A stretch of 64,000 bases of DNA from Octopus vulgaris (lineage: Eukaryota), in NCBI GenBank assembly GCA_951406725.2, contig OX597815.1, forward strand, positions 147,870,001 to 147,934,000, written 5' to 3'. How positions within the stretch are numbered: position 1 is the first letter of the stretch; each line of letters begins with the position of its first letter. Under the pieces are notes generated by a model. The model did no database searches. It was not told the DNA's origin and was given only the letters and a program-made list of their open reading frames with translations. Shown here one piece after another: positions 1 to 13,004 of this stretch. A program made the position numbers and the translations under genes.

Positions 1-2059
1 GATACAAATGTCTACAAGGAGTCCAACTACCGACGTAAAGTATATTTACCAATACAAAATTAAATTTATGAAATTTAATTGTGTACATACGTAAATAGAG
101 ATCTATATCACATCTCATCCTCCACAAATCAAGCAAAATCTAGCATCTAAGTAAATTTTAACAAACTCTTCTGCAGGCTAGTGGTTTTATCCTAAGCCGG
201 CATTAATCCCAAAGAAAGTATTGATTATATCCAATTAAGTAGAAGTATCATGTAAGATATGACTAACATTTGTGTAGATCTCTTATTATAAAAGTATATA
301 ATAGAAAATATATATACGTACCGTCAAGAAACAGGATTACAAATTTGTTGAAATCAATATTTCAAAGCACACTATACAATGAAGAAAGAACGTTAAAAAA
401 ACAGAACGAAAACCTGGAACACGGGAGTTACTAAATAAAGATTATGTTGATAAATATTGACATAGCCTTTCCCTGGTCAGCCATTCTACACAGATCATTA
501 TGTTTTCCTCCATAAATAACTATTCACGTACCCAAACAAAATGTCTGTATACGTAAGTATGTTTTGGCGTGCACCTATGTATAGTGTAGTATATCTGAGT
601 GTAGTGTTCTGTGTTAATGTGTGTATATGTGTGCGCATAAATGTGTGTTGTGAAATGCTATATTATTTGCCATGCAACAGTACGCACAGAAAAAAACACC
701 GTTGTGTAGATAACAATTGTAACATGTCCATTAGGCGTCCACAAATTATCTTCAGTGAGAATCAACAATTAATGTATTCGTCATGCAGTATGTACACTAC
801 AGACCTTAGCTGGCGTGATAAGTATATATATTAATTTGTTGTATAATTATATTAATAGTTTAATATAACTTACATAAATATTGCCATATATATGAAGCCG
901 AGAGAAAGAAAATCAGAAGGAAAATCGCAAACGTTGAACACATAAATATTATTAAGAAATGAAGGAATATAAAGATATATTGCAGACTAATGCTAACTGT
1001 ACATTTTTCAAGTATATGATGTTAAATGAAAAAAGATAATGGTGCTGAAGTTAATGACAGCAGAGATTAATGAGATTCAATTTACAATTATATAATAATA
1101 GATTGTAATAGGAATGTTTATAAGTACTATTTGATGGAGCATACACACATAAATATATAAACATATAATACAAACATACACAGAAACATATACACAAGCC
1201 CACACACATGAAAACGCATATACTCACACACTGGTACATTTATATCTATCTGCCAATATGTATGTATGTATATTAATGTATAATTTTATGAGAGCGTTTA
1301 TGTCGAGGAAATTTCGTGTCTACTGTAAAATTTTGTTTCAAATTAAATCTTAAGAAAATATTAAACTAATAACATTACTTTAATTTTTGAAACACTAAAT
1401 TATAAATAACCTTAAGTTTTAATGGGCAATAAATTTTGATTTTATAACTTCCCCATTACACAACACTCTTTGCAATATACATTTAAATTATCTACTTTTT
1501 TTCTCATTCAACAACATTAATTTTGATGTAAAATGGAGGTAGATATATTACTTACTTCATTTTATTGATAAAGCTTCATTTTTATATTTTGATTTATTAA
1601 ATTAAAATTAGTTCTTTATTGATTACTTAATGTTGCCGTTCATGAAACAATTGAAAAATATACTCTGGACTAATAAAGATTTGAAGCATCTTTTAGATGT
1701 TTACAAATGTAGGTTTTGTGTGAATTTAAAGATAAAATAGTTTTCTTATGCATACCATGCCATGTAACTCGTTCACATACAATGTAATATTTGATTATAA
1801 TTTGTTTATAATTGCATAATGAGTGTGATATATAACAGGGCTGAAGAATACTGCCGAACTTGTAATTTAGCAAAAATGAGTGCAGAACTACCATGGGCTA
1901 TTGCCCGCCTTCCTTATTTCTTATTAATTATATTATCAGTTATCATTTATTTGTTTCAGTCACTTCTAAAACTGGTAAACATTCTAGGGGTTTCTTTATG
2001 AAATCACTGACCTCTAAGCAACCCGCTACAGGCAGATAATTGTGAGCATGCATCGTAAG

Positions 2060-2571
2060 AGAACTTTCCCTTCGAGTAAAGATGCTTCTCTATAGCAGTG
2101 TGGGAGCATTCCATTTTCCCTGAAACTTCCCTTTTCGTTTGAAGAGAATTTACGTGCAAAATTTGGTTTAATCGCTCTTCATCGAACTCAACTGGACGGC
2201 CAAAACGAGGTGCGTTTTTGAGGTCAAATTTCCATTTTTGAGATTAGCATACCAACCACGAGCGGTTATTTCAGCTATGACACCCTCTCCATACACATCA
2301 CAAATGACGTGAGAAGCTTTTGTGGCGTTACAACTTTGATTGAAAGTAAAAGGAAAGAGGTTTCGAAAATGGTCGTCTTTCTTAACTTGACATTCCATTT
2401 TAATAATCTGAAAATAAACAAAAAATAACTAAGATAAACTACAAGAAGAAAAAAAGATTCCAGAATAATTAAAAAAGAGAATTCTCGAAAAAATTAGATC
2501 CCAAAATGTAGAAACGCAAGAAATTTCAGAATTTAAAAGTAAACGGCGGGGACTTAGTTGCCAACGCAATA
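2060..2571 (-). mobile_element. Mariner transposon, 5' half (TIR plus frameshifted transposase N-terminus)
   Basis: Minus-strand MECQVKKDDHFRNLFPFTFNQ...VYGEGVIAEITARGW, then in another frame FDLKNAPRFGRPVEFDEERLNQILH...MECSHTAIEKHL (mariner HTH region). TIR-like TA|TTGCGTTGGCAACTAAGTC at 2551-2571. Confidence 0.85.
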
Positions 2572-2877
2572 TTATATTTAAATGTTTAACCGCTTTCACA
2601 GTTTACACTGATTTTCAAAAGTTTGAAATGCAAAGACGTAGCTAGTGCCTCATCCAGTCCAATTTCCAGTTTTCATCATGACGAATTGAAATCAATTTTA
2701 CATTTGAATCCTATTTGAATGTGTACATTTGTTGATAAATCAGATTCTTAGTTATATCCCTTACTGGATACATTGCACCAGATGCCACAGATGGCGGTAC
2801 GTGTAGTAAAGTGGGGGCAACGAATATCCATGGTTAAAAGAATTTCTACTAACCTCAGAATTAGATGTTATTGCGGG

Positions 2878-2897
2878 ATTATTATTATTATTATTAA

Positions 2898-2977
<80 letters not shown>
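2878..2977. repeat. (ATT)n microsatellite
   Basis: Direct reading. Confidence 0.97.
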
Positions 2978-2978
<1 letters not shown>

Positions 2979-3059
2979 GATTAATATTAAAACTAGTTGA
3001 TCATTGTATTAGCAGAGATAGAATTATGTATGGCTTCGGAAAGTAGTTCAAGAAAACCA

Positions 3060-3480
3060 AAAACAAGTGAATAATTACCTGTGTAATTGTAAAAACAATT
3101 GTAAGCCCTTTAGAAAATCAGTGTTTAAGGAAATATATATGTAACCTGTGTAAGATAATAACAGGGAATCATAAGTATTATTATATTACTTTGCTGCTAC
3201 AATTTGGAAATCTAGATTTTATAATCATTCTCATTCGCTTAAGTATAAAAGAGAACGTAATTCTAGAAACCTTAGTAAATGAATCTGAGAATTAAATGAT
3301 AAGAACCATAAGTTTGATTTAAAGTGGTCAATAATTAGTTGCGTACCATCGTAGTATATTGGTAATTCCACCTGAGATATTTACCTTCAAGAAATGTTTC
3401 TTCTAAACTGATTTTATTAAATTTAATTGGAGTGTTACAATGAAATGTTGCCATAAATTTCGAAACAAAATTACATATTT
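3060..3480 (+). mobile_element. Decayed Penelope-like element, Cys-rich linker and GIY-YIG C-terminal region
   Basis: CNCKNNCKP/LENQCL and RFYNHSHSLKYKRERNSRNLSK*I*ELNDKNHKFDLKWSII resemble the PLE CNC..CPL..CL and R..NH..SF...NST.LSK.IW.LK...W.I patterns. Many stops. Confidence 0.55.
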
Positions 3481-4134
3481 CAATGCTCAATGTTTTTCGT
3501 AAATTATATAGTAAGGTTAGTTTTTCTAAATTGTTTACTAAATTTGATACATAGATAAAGAATTGTTGTGAAGTAAGATCTTTGTTTTTAATTATCATAA
3601 ACTAAAATTCTTGGTTATTCTTAGTCGTTTCGTTATGGGGCTGTGTCAACACTAGTCGAATACAAATATGATCTTTTTAGATTATATTTCTCTCTGTTTC
3701 TCTTTGTTTTATTGCAGGGTTTATGTTTATTTCTTGTTTCGTTATCTACCGACGACACTATTAGTTGAATATAGAAATATCTTGGATTACATTCCGTCTA
3801 AGCATTCATTTCTGAAGGCTTTGAATTTCACAAGTTTTGATGTGCCTTAAGAATGTTGTGTATACATATATTTTCGAAAATATTAATTTCAATGATATCC
3901 TATATTTTTATGCAATAGTCGGCTATATAAGGTGAATTCTACAATAAAGATGTGATTTTACTGTATACGCTTTAATTACTGTCGATAGTGGTTCGAGTTT
4001 TCTACTGCTCTTTCTAGCACAAGGCTTTCTTATGTAGAAGCCTCTTGATGTGTTTTAAGGTACACGATATTTCTATGTGAATAATATATAGTCTATTGTC
4101 TATATAATTCTTATTACCCTAATGTTATTTATTA

Positions 4135-6815
4135 TGTTTTTTTTTTCTTGTTCCAGCTCAGAGCTGCGGCCATGCTGATGCACCGCCGTTTTGTGCTACA
4201 TTGTTATTACGAAGAACCTCCTCTAATATGTGGCACTTGGTGAAGAATGGAGTTTGATATAGCTACTCTCATTTGCACCTCTTGCCGTGAGGTAGGTTCA
4301 TCTGGGACTCTCGACAGGAAGAAGTCCAGCTTTGATTTAAAAACCGCTACATCTACTTTGTGCAAGTTCTTTTGGGAGAATATTAAAATGCTGTGGGCCC
4401 TTGAAACCCAGGCTGTTGCAGAAGCTGGTCCTGAAGCGTGATGACATTGCTGGGATCTTTGGCACTATGAAGTGTCATCCCGTTCTAGCATTGGTGTAGC
4501 GTTCAATGCCAAAATTTGGTACAATTCCATCCATGATCTTCCTGACATATATTACTGCACACCTCTCCCGTCTTCTCTCCAAGGAGTGGAGTCTTAGCTG
4601 TTTCAACCTTTCCCAGTTGCTGAGCTGTTGCAAAGAGACGATTTTCTTTGTGAATCTTCTCTGGATTGCTTCAAGGTCCGCTGTTAATTTTACACCGGTG
4701 GGTGACCATAGCTGTGAGCAGTAATCCAGGTGGCTGAGGACGAATGTCTGCCAGAAGACCATCATGGTTTCCTTATCTCTGGTTCTGAATGTTCTTAGGA
4801 CCCATCCAGCCAGTCGTCAGCATTTTGTCGCCATCCTGTAAAGAGGTATCATCATTCATGTCGATACCCAGGTCCCTCACAAACTTAGGCTCTGAGATTG
4901 AAATTCCCTGTGGACCGGTGTATCCTGTAAGTTTAATATTCAGTTTTGGATGCTGGTAGCGCAGGGCCTGGAATTTTTCAGCATTAAACTGCATATTATT
5001 ATCCTCAGCCCATCTGTAGATTGAGTCCAACTTCTGCTGCAGGTGTGCAACATCGCTGGGGTTCTGTATTTTCTGCGAGACTTTCGTATCGTCTGCATAG
5101 CTTGCCAGAGTGGCTATCCAGGCATTTTAGGGCATATCTGAGAGGGCCACTATAAAAAGCAGTGGTCTCAAGACAGTGCCCTGTGGAACACCGCTCACTA
5201 TTTGTGTGTTCATAGAGGTGGCTCCATTAACGAATACTGCCTGACTCCTATCTTTCAGGAAATCATGTAACCACGCTCCAAGTTTTCCAGCTATGCCGAG
5301 GTCACCCAGTTTGTGGCATATAATAACATGATCCACCTTGTCAAAAGCTTTTGCAAAATCAAGGTAGATTACGTCCACATTCGATTTGTTGAGTAACTGC
5401 CTCAAGACCCAGTCATAATGTTGTCAGAGCTGGGTCAGGCAGTTGCTACTTGGTCGAAAAGCATGCTGGGTACCACTCAGCAAGTTATTTTCCTCAAGGA
5501 AGGCGATTAGTTTCTTTCTGACTATCCGTTCCATGACTTTGCTGATGTGTGATGTCAGAGAGGTAGGCCTATAGTTATTGGCATTTGCTCTACTTCCCCC
5601 TTTATGTATTGGGCATATTATTCCCTCCTTCAGCTTGCTTGGCAGTTTGCCATTCGCAAGAAAGCTCTGGAAGAGAATCTTGAGGGATATTGCCAGGGCA
5701 TGCTTAAACGCTTTGAGGAGGATTGCTGGGAAACCATCTGGACCAGCAGTTGAGTTTGTGTCCACTTCATCTATGGCTTGTAGGACATCTTCGCTAACGT
5801 CAATACATTCTATAGTAACCGCCTCGCTGCTTATAGGTGAGGCGGCAAAGAAGTCCACTGGTTCGTTCACTTGTCTGTGTTCCAACGGGGTGGTAAAGAC
5901 ACTTTTGAACTGGTCATTCAGCATCTCACTGATCTTAGTTCGACTGTCTGTGAGGGAGCCATCCTTTTAGAGAAGGGGTCCTATCTTGTAGTGCACTGAG
6001 ACTGTTTCTTTCGCGTAATGAAAGAAGGCCTTTGGGTTTGATTTAATGTTTTTTATAACCCAGGCTTCTTTGTCTGCTGTCTCCCTCACATAGGATTGTT
6101 GCAGCCTTTTTTCGATCTGCATTATTGTTGTTTTTAGGCGGGATGTTTCGCTACTTTTGGGATGTTGGTTGAGATGATTTGCTACCTTCGTCCGTCGTCT
6201 CATGAGGATCTTCCTGTCTCTTGGAATCTTGCTCCTATTTGTTTTGGCCTTGGGACATATTTCTGGCATACGGCTTGCACAGAAGACATGAAACATTCTA
6301 ATTTCATGCCAATGTCTGGTGTGGAGAAACATTCCGGCCAGTCCTCTCTGTGGATCTTTTTTGGATCAATTTCCAATCTGCTTTGTGGAAGTTCAGATTG
6401 GAGAGATTTCGGGTGCTTCATTTAGGCTGTATGTCTTTGGTTACTGTTGGCCCAAACATAGACAGCTCTATTATGTTGTGATCCGAAACTGATGTCGGTG
6501 TCACTTTCACATCATGAATGATGTCCATATTGTTCGTGAAGCAGAGATCCAGAATGTTATTCGCCCCAGTCAGTTTGAGTACAACTTGCTCCATGAATAA
6601 GGCGTTGGTGAGGTTGAACAGGGACTCCACCTGTACTTGATTGCAATGATTCATTCCTGAAAGTATGAGACCTTCGGGCCATTTGACGTTGGGGAAGTTG
6701 AAATCACTCATACGAAATATGGTCACGTGGTGTTCCAGATTCATGAGGATTTCTTTAATTCTTGTGAGGCAATCTTCAAACTTGCCAATGTGATTTGGGG
6801 CATCCGGTGGGCAAT
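4135..6815 (-). mobile_element. 5'-truncated CR1/L2-group (Jockey superfamily) LINE, decayed APE endonuclease plus RT
   Basis: SDFNFPNVKW, NILDLCFTN, SDHNII (APE). AGPDG, NYRPTSLTSHISKVMERIV, DVIYLDFAKAFDKVDH, SGVPQGTVL, YADD (5088-5099), LDYCSQLWSP. Stem-loop plus A-rich 3' tail at ~4135-4190. Confidence 0.92.
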
Positions 6816-6819
6816 ATGT

Positions 6820-6872
6820 ATTTATTTTATGTTATTTATTTTATCTAGTTTCAGCTCACGAGCTGTGGCCTA
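6820..6872 (-). mobile_element. Isolated 3'-tail remnant of the same LINE/SINE tail type
   Basis: Reverse complement GGCCACAGCTCGTGAGCTGAAACTAGATAAAATAAATAAC matches the tail at 4141-4172. Confidence 0.55.
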
Positions 6873-7719
6873 TGGTTTCTGCGAACAATTGATTCAATAT
6901 TAGATGTTCACATAATTTTGAGTAACACTCCGTAAACATATTTATCATTTAAATTTATTTATAAGAAGAAACGGAAAAAGGAGCAGAATTTTATCGAATT
7001 AACAACGCATCCACTTTGAAAAGGCATCTATTAAATTTCAGTTATAACGAAATTCATCGAGAATATATATAATTATGTGATGTGAACCTGTAATGAAGGT
7101 ACATGTCAGGGATAATTGAAAAAGTTTCAAGATATTTCATTTGATATAGAATACAAAAAATCAAAGAATATAAATCTGAGATAAATAATGATATGCATAT
7201 AAAGAGAAAAACATGGTCATTTGTCTCATAATATTTATAACTTAAAAATAAGCCTGTAGAAACACATAAGAAATGTTGAAGTAATTGACAGAGTAATCAT
7301 ATTGGGAAAATATAATAAATTAATTTTTTCGCTGTTAAAATGAATATGTTCTGATGAAATATATACTAGAAAGAATAGCAAGCTGCTTCCCAACAGCTGA
7401 AAGATGGAAAGCACGTTTATGTCCCAATGAATTTATCTCTGTTATTTCACTAATATTGTTAATGTGGCTGAGTAGTTTTAAAAAACGAAGCTATTCGGTG
7501 AAAAGTTATTTTTTCGTAACGGTAGGATGATATTAAGATGCGCAATGAAATAAATATTTACGAAATATTTCAAAACGATATTAGGTTGTTATGCCATACA
7601 TTTTGATTTAAAATCGATACAATATAAGGGGAAAAAGTAATTCGTAACTGAACGTACATTGGGAGATGCATATCTAATACTTGAAAGGGAAACCTCAGAA
7701 AATATGTTCGATCATACTA

Positions 7720-8600
7720 CACGATAGGATTTACGATATAAGCTCCGAGGATATTCATGCTGACTTTGCTTGCTACATTAGATGAAGATGCCCCAGCTTT
7801 ATCAACATCAGGAAAGTGGGCGTCGGAATTTACGAGGTGAAGGGAAGGTTTTCACGATCCCTCAAGGACTGGGAAACCTGAAACTGCTTCCATCGAGGAA
7901 AACACTGATGCTGTTCAAAACATAGTGACTGATGACAGGCTATTCACTATAAATCAAGATTAAAGTTCCTGCTCTGTTGGTTCCACGTTTACTGACATAT
8001 AGTCAAAATCGCTCGGGCCTCATCACATCAGGGGATATCAGATCTAGCAGGTTACATTTAAAATGTCCTAGCCCGGGATGAGTGTTAGCGTCAACACTTT
8101 GAGCCAGGGCCAATTAATCAATCCATGCAGTAGTAAAACCCCTTCACCTGCTCCAAAAAAGGCCAAGGCCATTTCATCTGTAGGGTAGTTAATGGCCGCA
8201 GACTTTAAGATGCAAAATTTATTGTGTTTATTGACCATCTTCAAAAGGTGAATATCATCAATGCAGAGTATTATGCGAACTTGTAGTTTCAAAATGCTAT
8301 GAAGATTAGACGCTCAAGTAAACAGACCAAAGGAATATTGTTTGATCAGAACACAGCTCCAGTAGACAGGTCCTTCGTTTCAATGGCTGCTCTGAGTGAA
8401 TGTGATTTTGAACTCGTTGATCAGCCTCGTGTTCCCCAGATTTAGTCCCACCTCATTCCCATCTGTTCCCCGAGCATGGAAAAACATATGGCGTAGAATC
8501 AGAAGAGCAGAACTGATGTCATCACATCTTCTATTAATGAATATTTTGACAAGCAGGTGAACTGTTCATTACCAACGGGATGCAAACATTGCAATACAGA
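7720..8600 (+). mobile_element. Decayed mariner transposase
   Basis: DIHAD..ATLDEDAPALST.GKWASEF, EENTDAVQNIVTDDR, PAPKKAKAISSVG, IINAEYYANL, GILFDQNTAP, SPDLVP..HLFP, with stops and frameshifts. Confidence 0.78.
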
Positions 8601-8708
8601 TAAATGTGTGCGTGTATGTGTGTGCGTGCGTGCGTGGTGTGTGCGTGCGTGTGCGTGGCGTGTGTTTGTGTGTTTGTGAGTTTGTATTATATATTTAAAT
8701 GTCTATAT

Positions 8709-8751
8709 AGTGTCTGGTACTGCATTAGGGCCTGATGCAGTACCAGACACT
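8709..8751. repeat. 43-bp near-perfect palindrome
   Basis: AGTGTCTGGTACTGCAT-TAGGGCCTG-ATGCAGTACCAGACACT; the 17-bp arms are exact reverse complements. Confidence 0.9.
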
Positions 8752-9082
8752 GGCCCACATTGCTTCTGATCTTAATTGATTGGAAGTGTTATCATGTACA
8801 AGTTATCACTTGGTATAAAAGATGGGTTACAGCAAATATTCTACTCAATACCACATATTTGCTTGAGTTGTTTGACCTAAACCAGTTGAGCATTCCCTTA
8901 GTGACTGATAATATGTGCATATCTGAGAATGAGTAGAAGTAGTGGGGGAGCAATGATCTTGTTGTTGGTATTGTTGTTGGTGTTCTCCTTCTACTTCTTC
9001 ATTTTCTTCTTCGTCTTCTTCTCCTTCTTCTCCTTCTTCTTCTGCTTGTTTTTATTAATATTATTATGATCATCATTATTAT

Positions 9083-12050
9083 ATGTTTGACTGTTGCTTT
9101 GCATTTGTACAAGGTGACTCCAAGTCTCACTCAGAGACTTCAAGAGACAAATAAGTTAGAGGTTCATGTTCGTGTTATGCCTAGGGTGTCATATATTTAG
9201 TGTTGTATATAGTGTTCTTCTAGACAATATTTAACAAAACAAGATTATGAGTTTGTTTTAAAACTGAGCCCTGTTTTTAGTATTTATCTAACTCGTGTAT
9301 AGTATTTATTTTTCTTTCACTTGTTTTTGTTGTATCGTATCTAGTTCATCGATTCTTAAATATCTGTATATTTGGCTTTGGTCTAATACTCTCATTTCAT
9401 TTGCTTTATCTAGTGTGATGTTCCTACTCTTAACCAGTTTTCCTCCTTTCAAGGTTGCTACCGCACATTTTTCTAAACCAGATTATCATGTTTATTTATT
9501 TGGTAAATTCATGTACTGTCTATAGTAATTTTTCCAGCTATTTACCATTTGTAGCGTGCATGTTAATATCATCCATATATTACTGGCTGATTGCTTTGCC
9601 GTAGCAGTTGTATTCACATCCAGTCTTGTTTAGCACAACAGATACAGGTGTCAGTCCCAAGCAGAAAAGGAGTGGAGAGAGCGTGTCTCCCTGGAACATG
9701 AGGGGCAAATGAGGGAGTAATAAAAACCTGTCTTTGGATTTTATAACTCTCTCATTTGTCTGGAGCTGTAGCATTGTCTGCCATTTATTCATGGAATGCT
9801 TTATATATGTTATGATTATTGGTGCTACTTTGTACATCGCTAGTGTTTCTAGGATCCATGTATCGAGAATATTATCAAAAGCATTTCGGTAATCGATGCA
9901 GGCCATAATTAGACCGTTTTTTCTGCGGTTGTTTTGGGTTAGAGTTGTATTGATCATTAGCAGATATTTACAGCCGAATGAGCCCTTGAAATACCCATTC
10001 TGCTCTTAGGGAAACAAGTAGTTTTCTTGCAGATGCTTGCTCATTCTCTGTGATATTATTGCAGTAAAGGCTTTGTAAATTGTAAGGAGACGAGTTAACG
10101 GTCTGTAATTTTGTGGTTTGCCGTTTCAGTGGATTTGGGAATTAAGATAGATCTCCCTTCAATGAGCCATTCAGGCATTGTCTCTGGCTGTGCTAGTATC
10201 TCAATAAATTTATTAGTCAGCATTTTACGTGTTCCTCTCAGATATTTTAACAAGAAGGTGGGGATTTTATTGTGCCTGGGTGCCTTCTAGTTGCTTAGTA
10301 TTTGGAGTACCTCGGCTACCTCTTCAGTAGTTATGGGATGCAGAGTTGTCCAGGGGCTGATTTCGTTATTTTGATAGACCTTTTCTGAGGTTGTTCCTTC
10401 GATGAACGTATTTCCAAAATCCTTCCACGTCTTCGGGTGTTAGTGCCGCGTTGATCTCTATTTTCTTTTTGCTGAGTTCTTGGTAGAATCATTTGTGGTT
10501 GGAGTTGAACTGTTTGTTTTGTTCAAAAGTACGTTGCAGTTTCTCATACCGACGGATTCTTTGTGCTTTGTCCAGGATATCTTGCTTTAGCTCTTCTTTT
10601 ACCTCAGCTATACCTTGTTCTGTAATTTTGTATTTACGTAGTATTTTTATTCTCTACTTGTTGAACAGTGTTGATTAATAGTTTCGTTAAGGATTGACAG
10701 AACTTTTCTCTTGTTTTCTATTTTTTTGGATTTTATTTACCCACAGAGTTTATTTGGGCGGTGGTACTCCTGTTTGAATGGGCTTGAGTGAGTATCCAGC
10801 TTTCTTTGTCGCTACAGCGGCTGTTGCATATATTATATCATTTAGCCTGGTCATATTGACATTCCTTTCTATAGCTATTAGTTCTGTGACGGCCAGATTT
10901 ATGCTTTTTATTTTTGATATCATTTTAGTATCGGTTTTAATTTTTGGGCGGTACAATCGGTCGTCCATACTGAGATCTGTGGTTATCAGTTCTTTGATTA
11001 TGCTCTTTTTTTTTAGATTATCATAAACATTAGTTTCACTTTCACTGTTTCCAGGTTTTAGATTTGTTTCGTATTCCTTCCTGGTTATACTGTTTTCGGT
11101 GGTGCTCTGGTTTGGTGCATTTTGCTCCTCATTACACATTCATGCGGTCTGGGTTTGTTGTTTACTTCGTTTTTGTTGATCGTGTTACGTCTGTCTTCGT
11201 GTTTTACAGTCCCAGTGATTATAATATTATTTAACATTGCTGTGGCTGTTATCTATATCTTCCTGATGTATTTTTCCTTTTAAGTGTTCTATTTCTATTT
11301 CTAATATTTGTTTTTGTTTTGAGAATACATTTTCATATGTTAGTTAGTTTATTATGATTCATAGCTGTATCCAAATCTTTATCTAGATTATTTTTCTTCC
11401 TGATTTTATAAGTATATGTTGTGCTTTCGTTCTTTGGGTAGAGCACTGCTATAAAATAAGCGTGTTAGATTGAAATATATTCCTCGCCTTTCCATATGTA
11501 CTCTTTTGGTTTTATTTACGGGCCAAGAGGAAACATCCGGCCCATTATTTTGATGGTCATTAATTTTGTAGGGTACCGGTCCGTTCATTTCTGGCATTAA
11601 ATGGTTTTGTACGTTTATTTTTTCGTACTTTTTGTGTAACACATTTTAAAGTACGTACTTCCCGATTGTTATCCTTGGGTTGAATAATACCGGTATTATT
11701 GAATTTATTAAAAATTCTTTTTTGTGCATGGTGTCTGGAAATGGAGATGGTCTGATGTTGATTGGATCGTAACGTGGCGAGCGTGTTTACACGATTTGTG
11801 CCAGCAATGGAGATGATACCCAGTTAAAATATATTTCATTTGGGAAATGGGAATAAATTTTAGTATTTCTTACACGGATATAGTTTAAAACTTTTAATAA
11901 GTATTACTTGCTTGGCACTTAGTCAGTATGGCTAGCGTGTTTACACGTATTATGCCAGTTTCGGAAATGACACAGTTAAAATACATAATTTTAATCGGAA
12001 AATAGAAATACATTTCAATGAGTATGACTTGGATATAATCCAACAGCTTA
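9083..12050 (-). mobile_element. Dong/R4-clade (RLE-type) LINE, decayed, with C-terminal domain deleted
   Basis: MACIDYRNAFDNILDTWILETL, FQGDTLSPLLFCLGLTP, YMDD (~9568-9579), NYRPLTRLLTIYK. 3' end abuts TAA/TTC-type simple repeats. A ~153-bp diverged tandem repeat lies in the 5' region (11776-11990). Confidence 0.85.
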
Positions 12051-12099
12051 TCAGTTGTTTTAGTCTCCGTTTGATGTCTTTATTCCTTCGGAGGAGTGT

Positions 12100-13000
12100 G
12101 TTATCGCTCTCACACGTTAAACGTGGAACCTTGCATGCGTAGCAGGCTTACTACCTTGCATAGTACGGTACCAGGCTATTCGTTCTTTTCAGCTATCAAA
12201 TTCTTTCCTGATTATTCTGATCGTGCCAAGGAGGCAAAACTTTTGTAACAGTTCTACTGGGCACTCTATTCCAAATTCCTTGATATTCCTCTTCATGCAA
12301 TCTGATACTGTTCCGAAGAACCCAAGAATAACTGGCACTGTCTTCACCTTCATTTTCAATAGCCGGACTATTTCCTACTTAGCCTATACTTAGGAAGTTT
12401 ATTTCGCCCTCTTCGTTATTCTTGGGTCAAAGGTGCATGCAACATCAGCTATATAGCATAATTGGTGCACCTTGTCCATCAACACGATGTCCGGTGTGTC
12501 TTGCTCTACCACCTATTCTGTTTGGATTGGGAAATCCCAGAGAATTTTTCTAGTTTCTGACTCTGCCACTGTCTGCGGTTTGTGCTCATACCATGCCTTA
12601 CCTCTCTTTAGCCCTCGCTTTTCGCACAGTTACCAGTGAACACTTTCGCTAATTGGTCGTGTCACCACAACTTGTACTGGTTTTGGAAAGTTTAGGGCAT
12701 TTGCTCGTGATATAGGCGATAGTTTCATCCGCTACCCTGCAGATGCGGGACAGAGCGGAGACACTTGCTCATTTCAAAGGTTCACCGTCCAGTTCATGGC
12801 AGGAAATTGGTCCTTTGCTGCCAGTATAGTGCTCTCGGTCTCCTTTTTAGGCTTCCTTTCGTCAGCCAATCCTACGTATTTTTCCCGCAACTTCCGTGGT
12901 GGCTATATTGAATTGATTTGTAGTCTCTCTTGCCTAAATTTTCTTCATGTCCTTTTTGTACTTCTTCCTTTGTTTTCCATGTTTTCTCTGCTCTCAATAC
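12100..13000 (-). mobile_element. 3' fragment of a second RLE-type (R4/Dong-like) LINE
   Basis: WDFPIQTE..EQDTPDIVLMDK..CYIADVACTFD and VKTVPVILGFFGTV...ELLQKFCLLGTIRIIRK (PD-D/ExK endonuclease end). Confidence 0.78.
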
Positions 13001-13004
13001 AGTG

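Noticed and set aside
700-760. Hammerhead-like relic on the minus strand (CUGAAGA ... ACAAUUGU)
   Set aside because: GAAA is replaced by GUUA and stems I/II do not pair; at most a dead copy.
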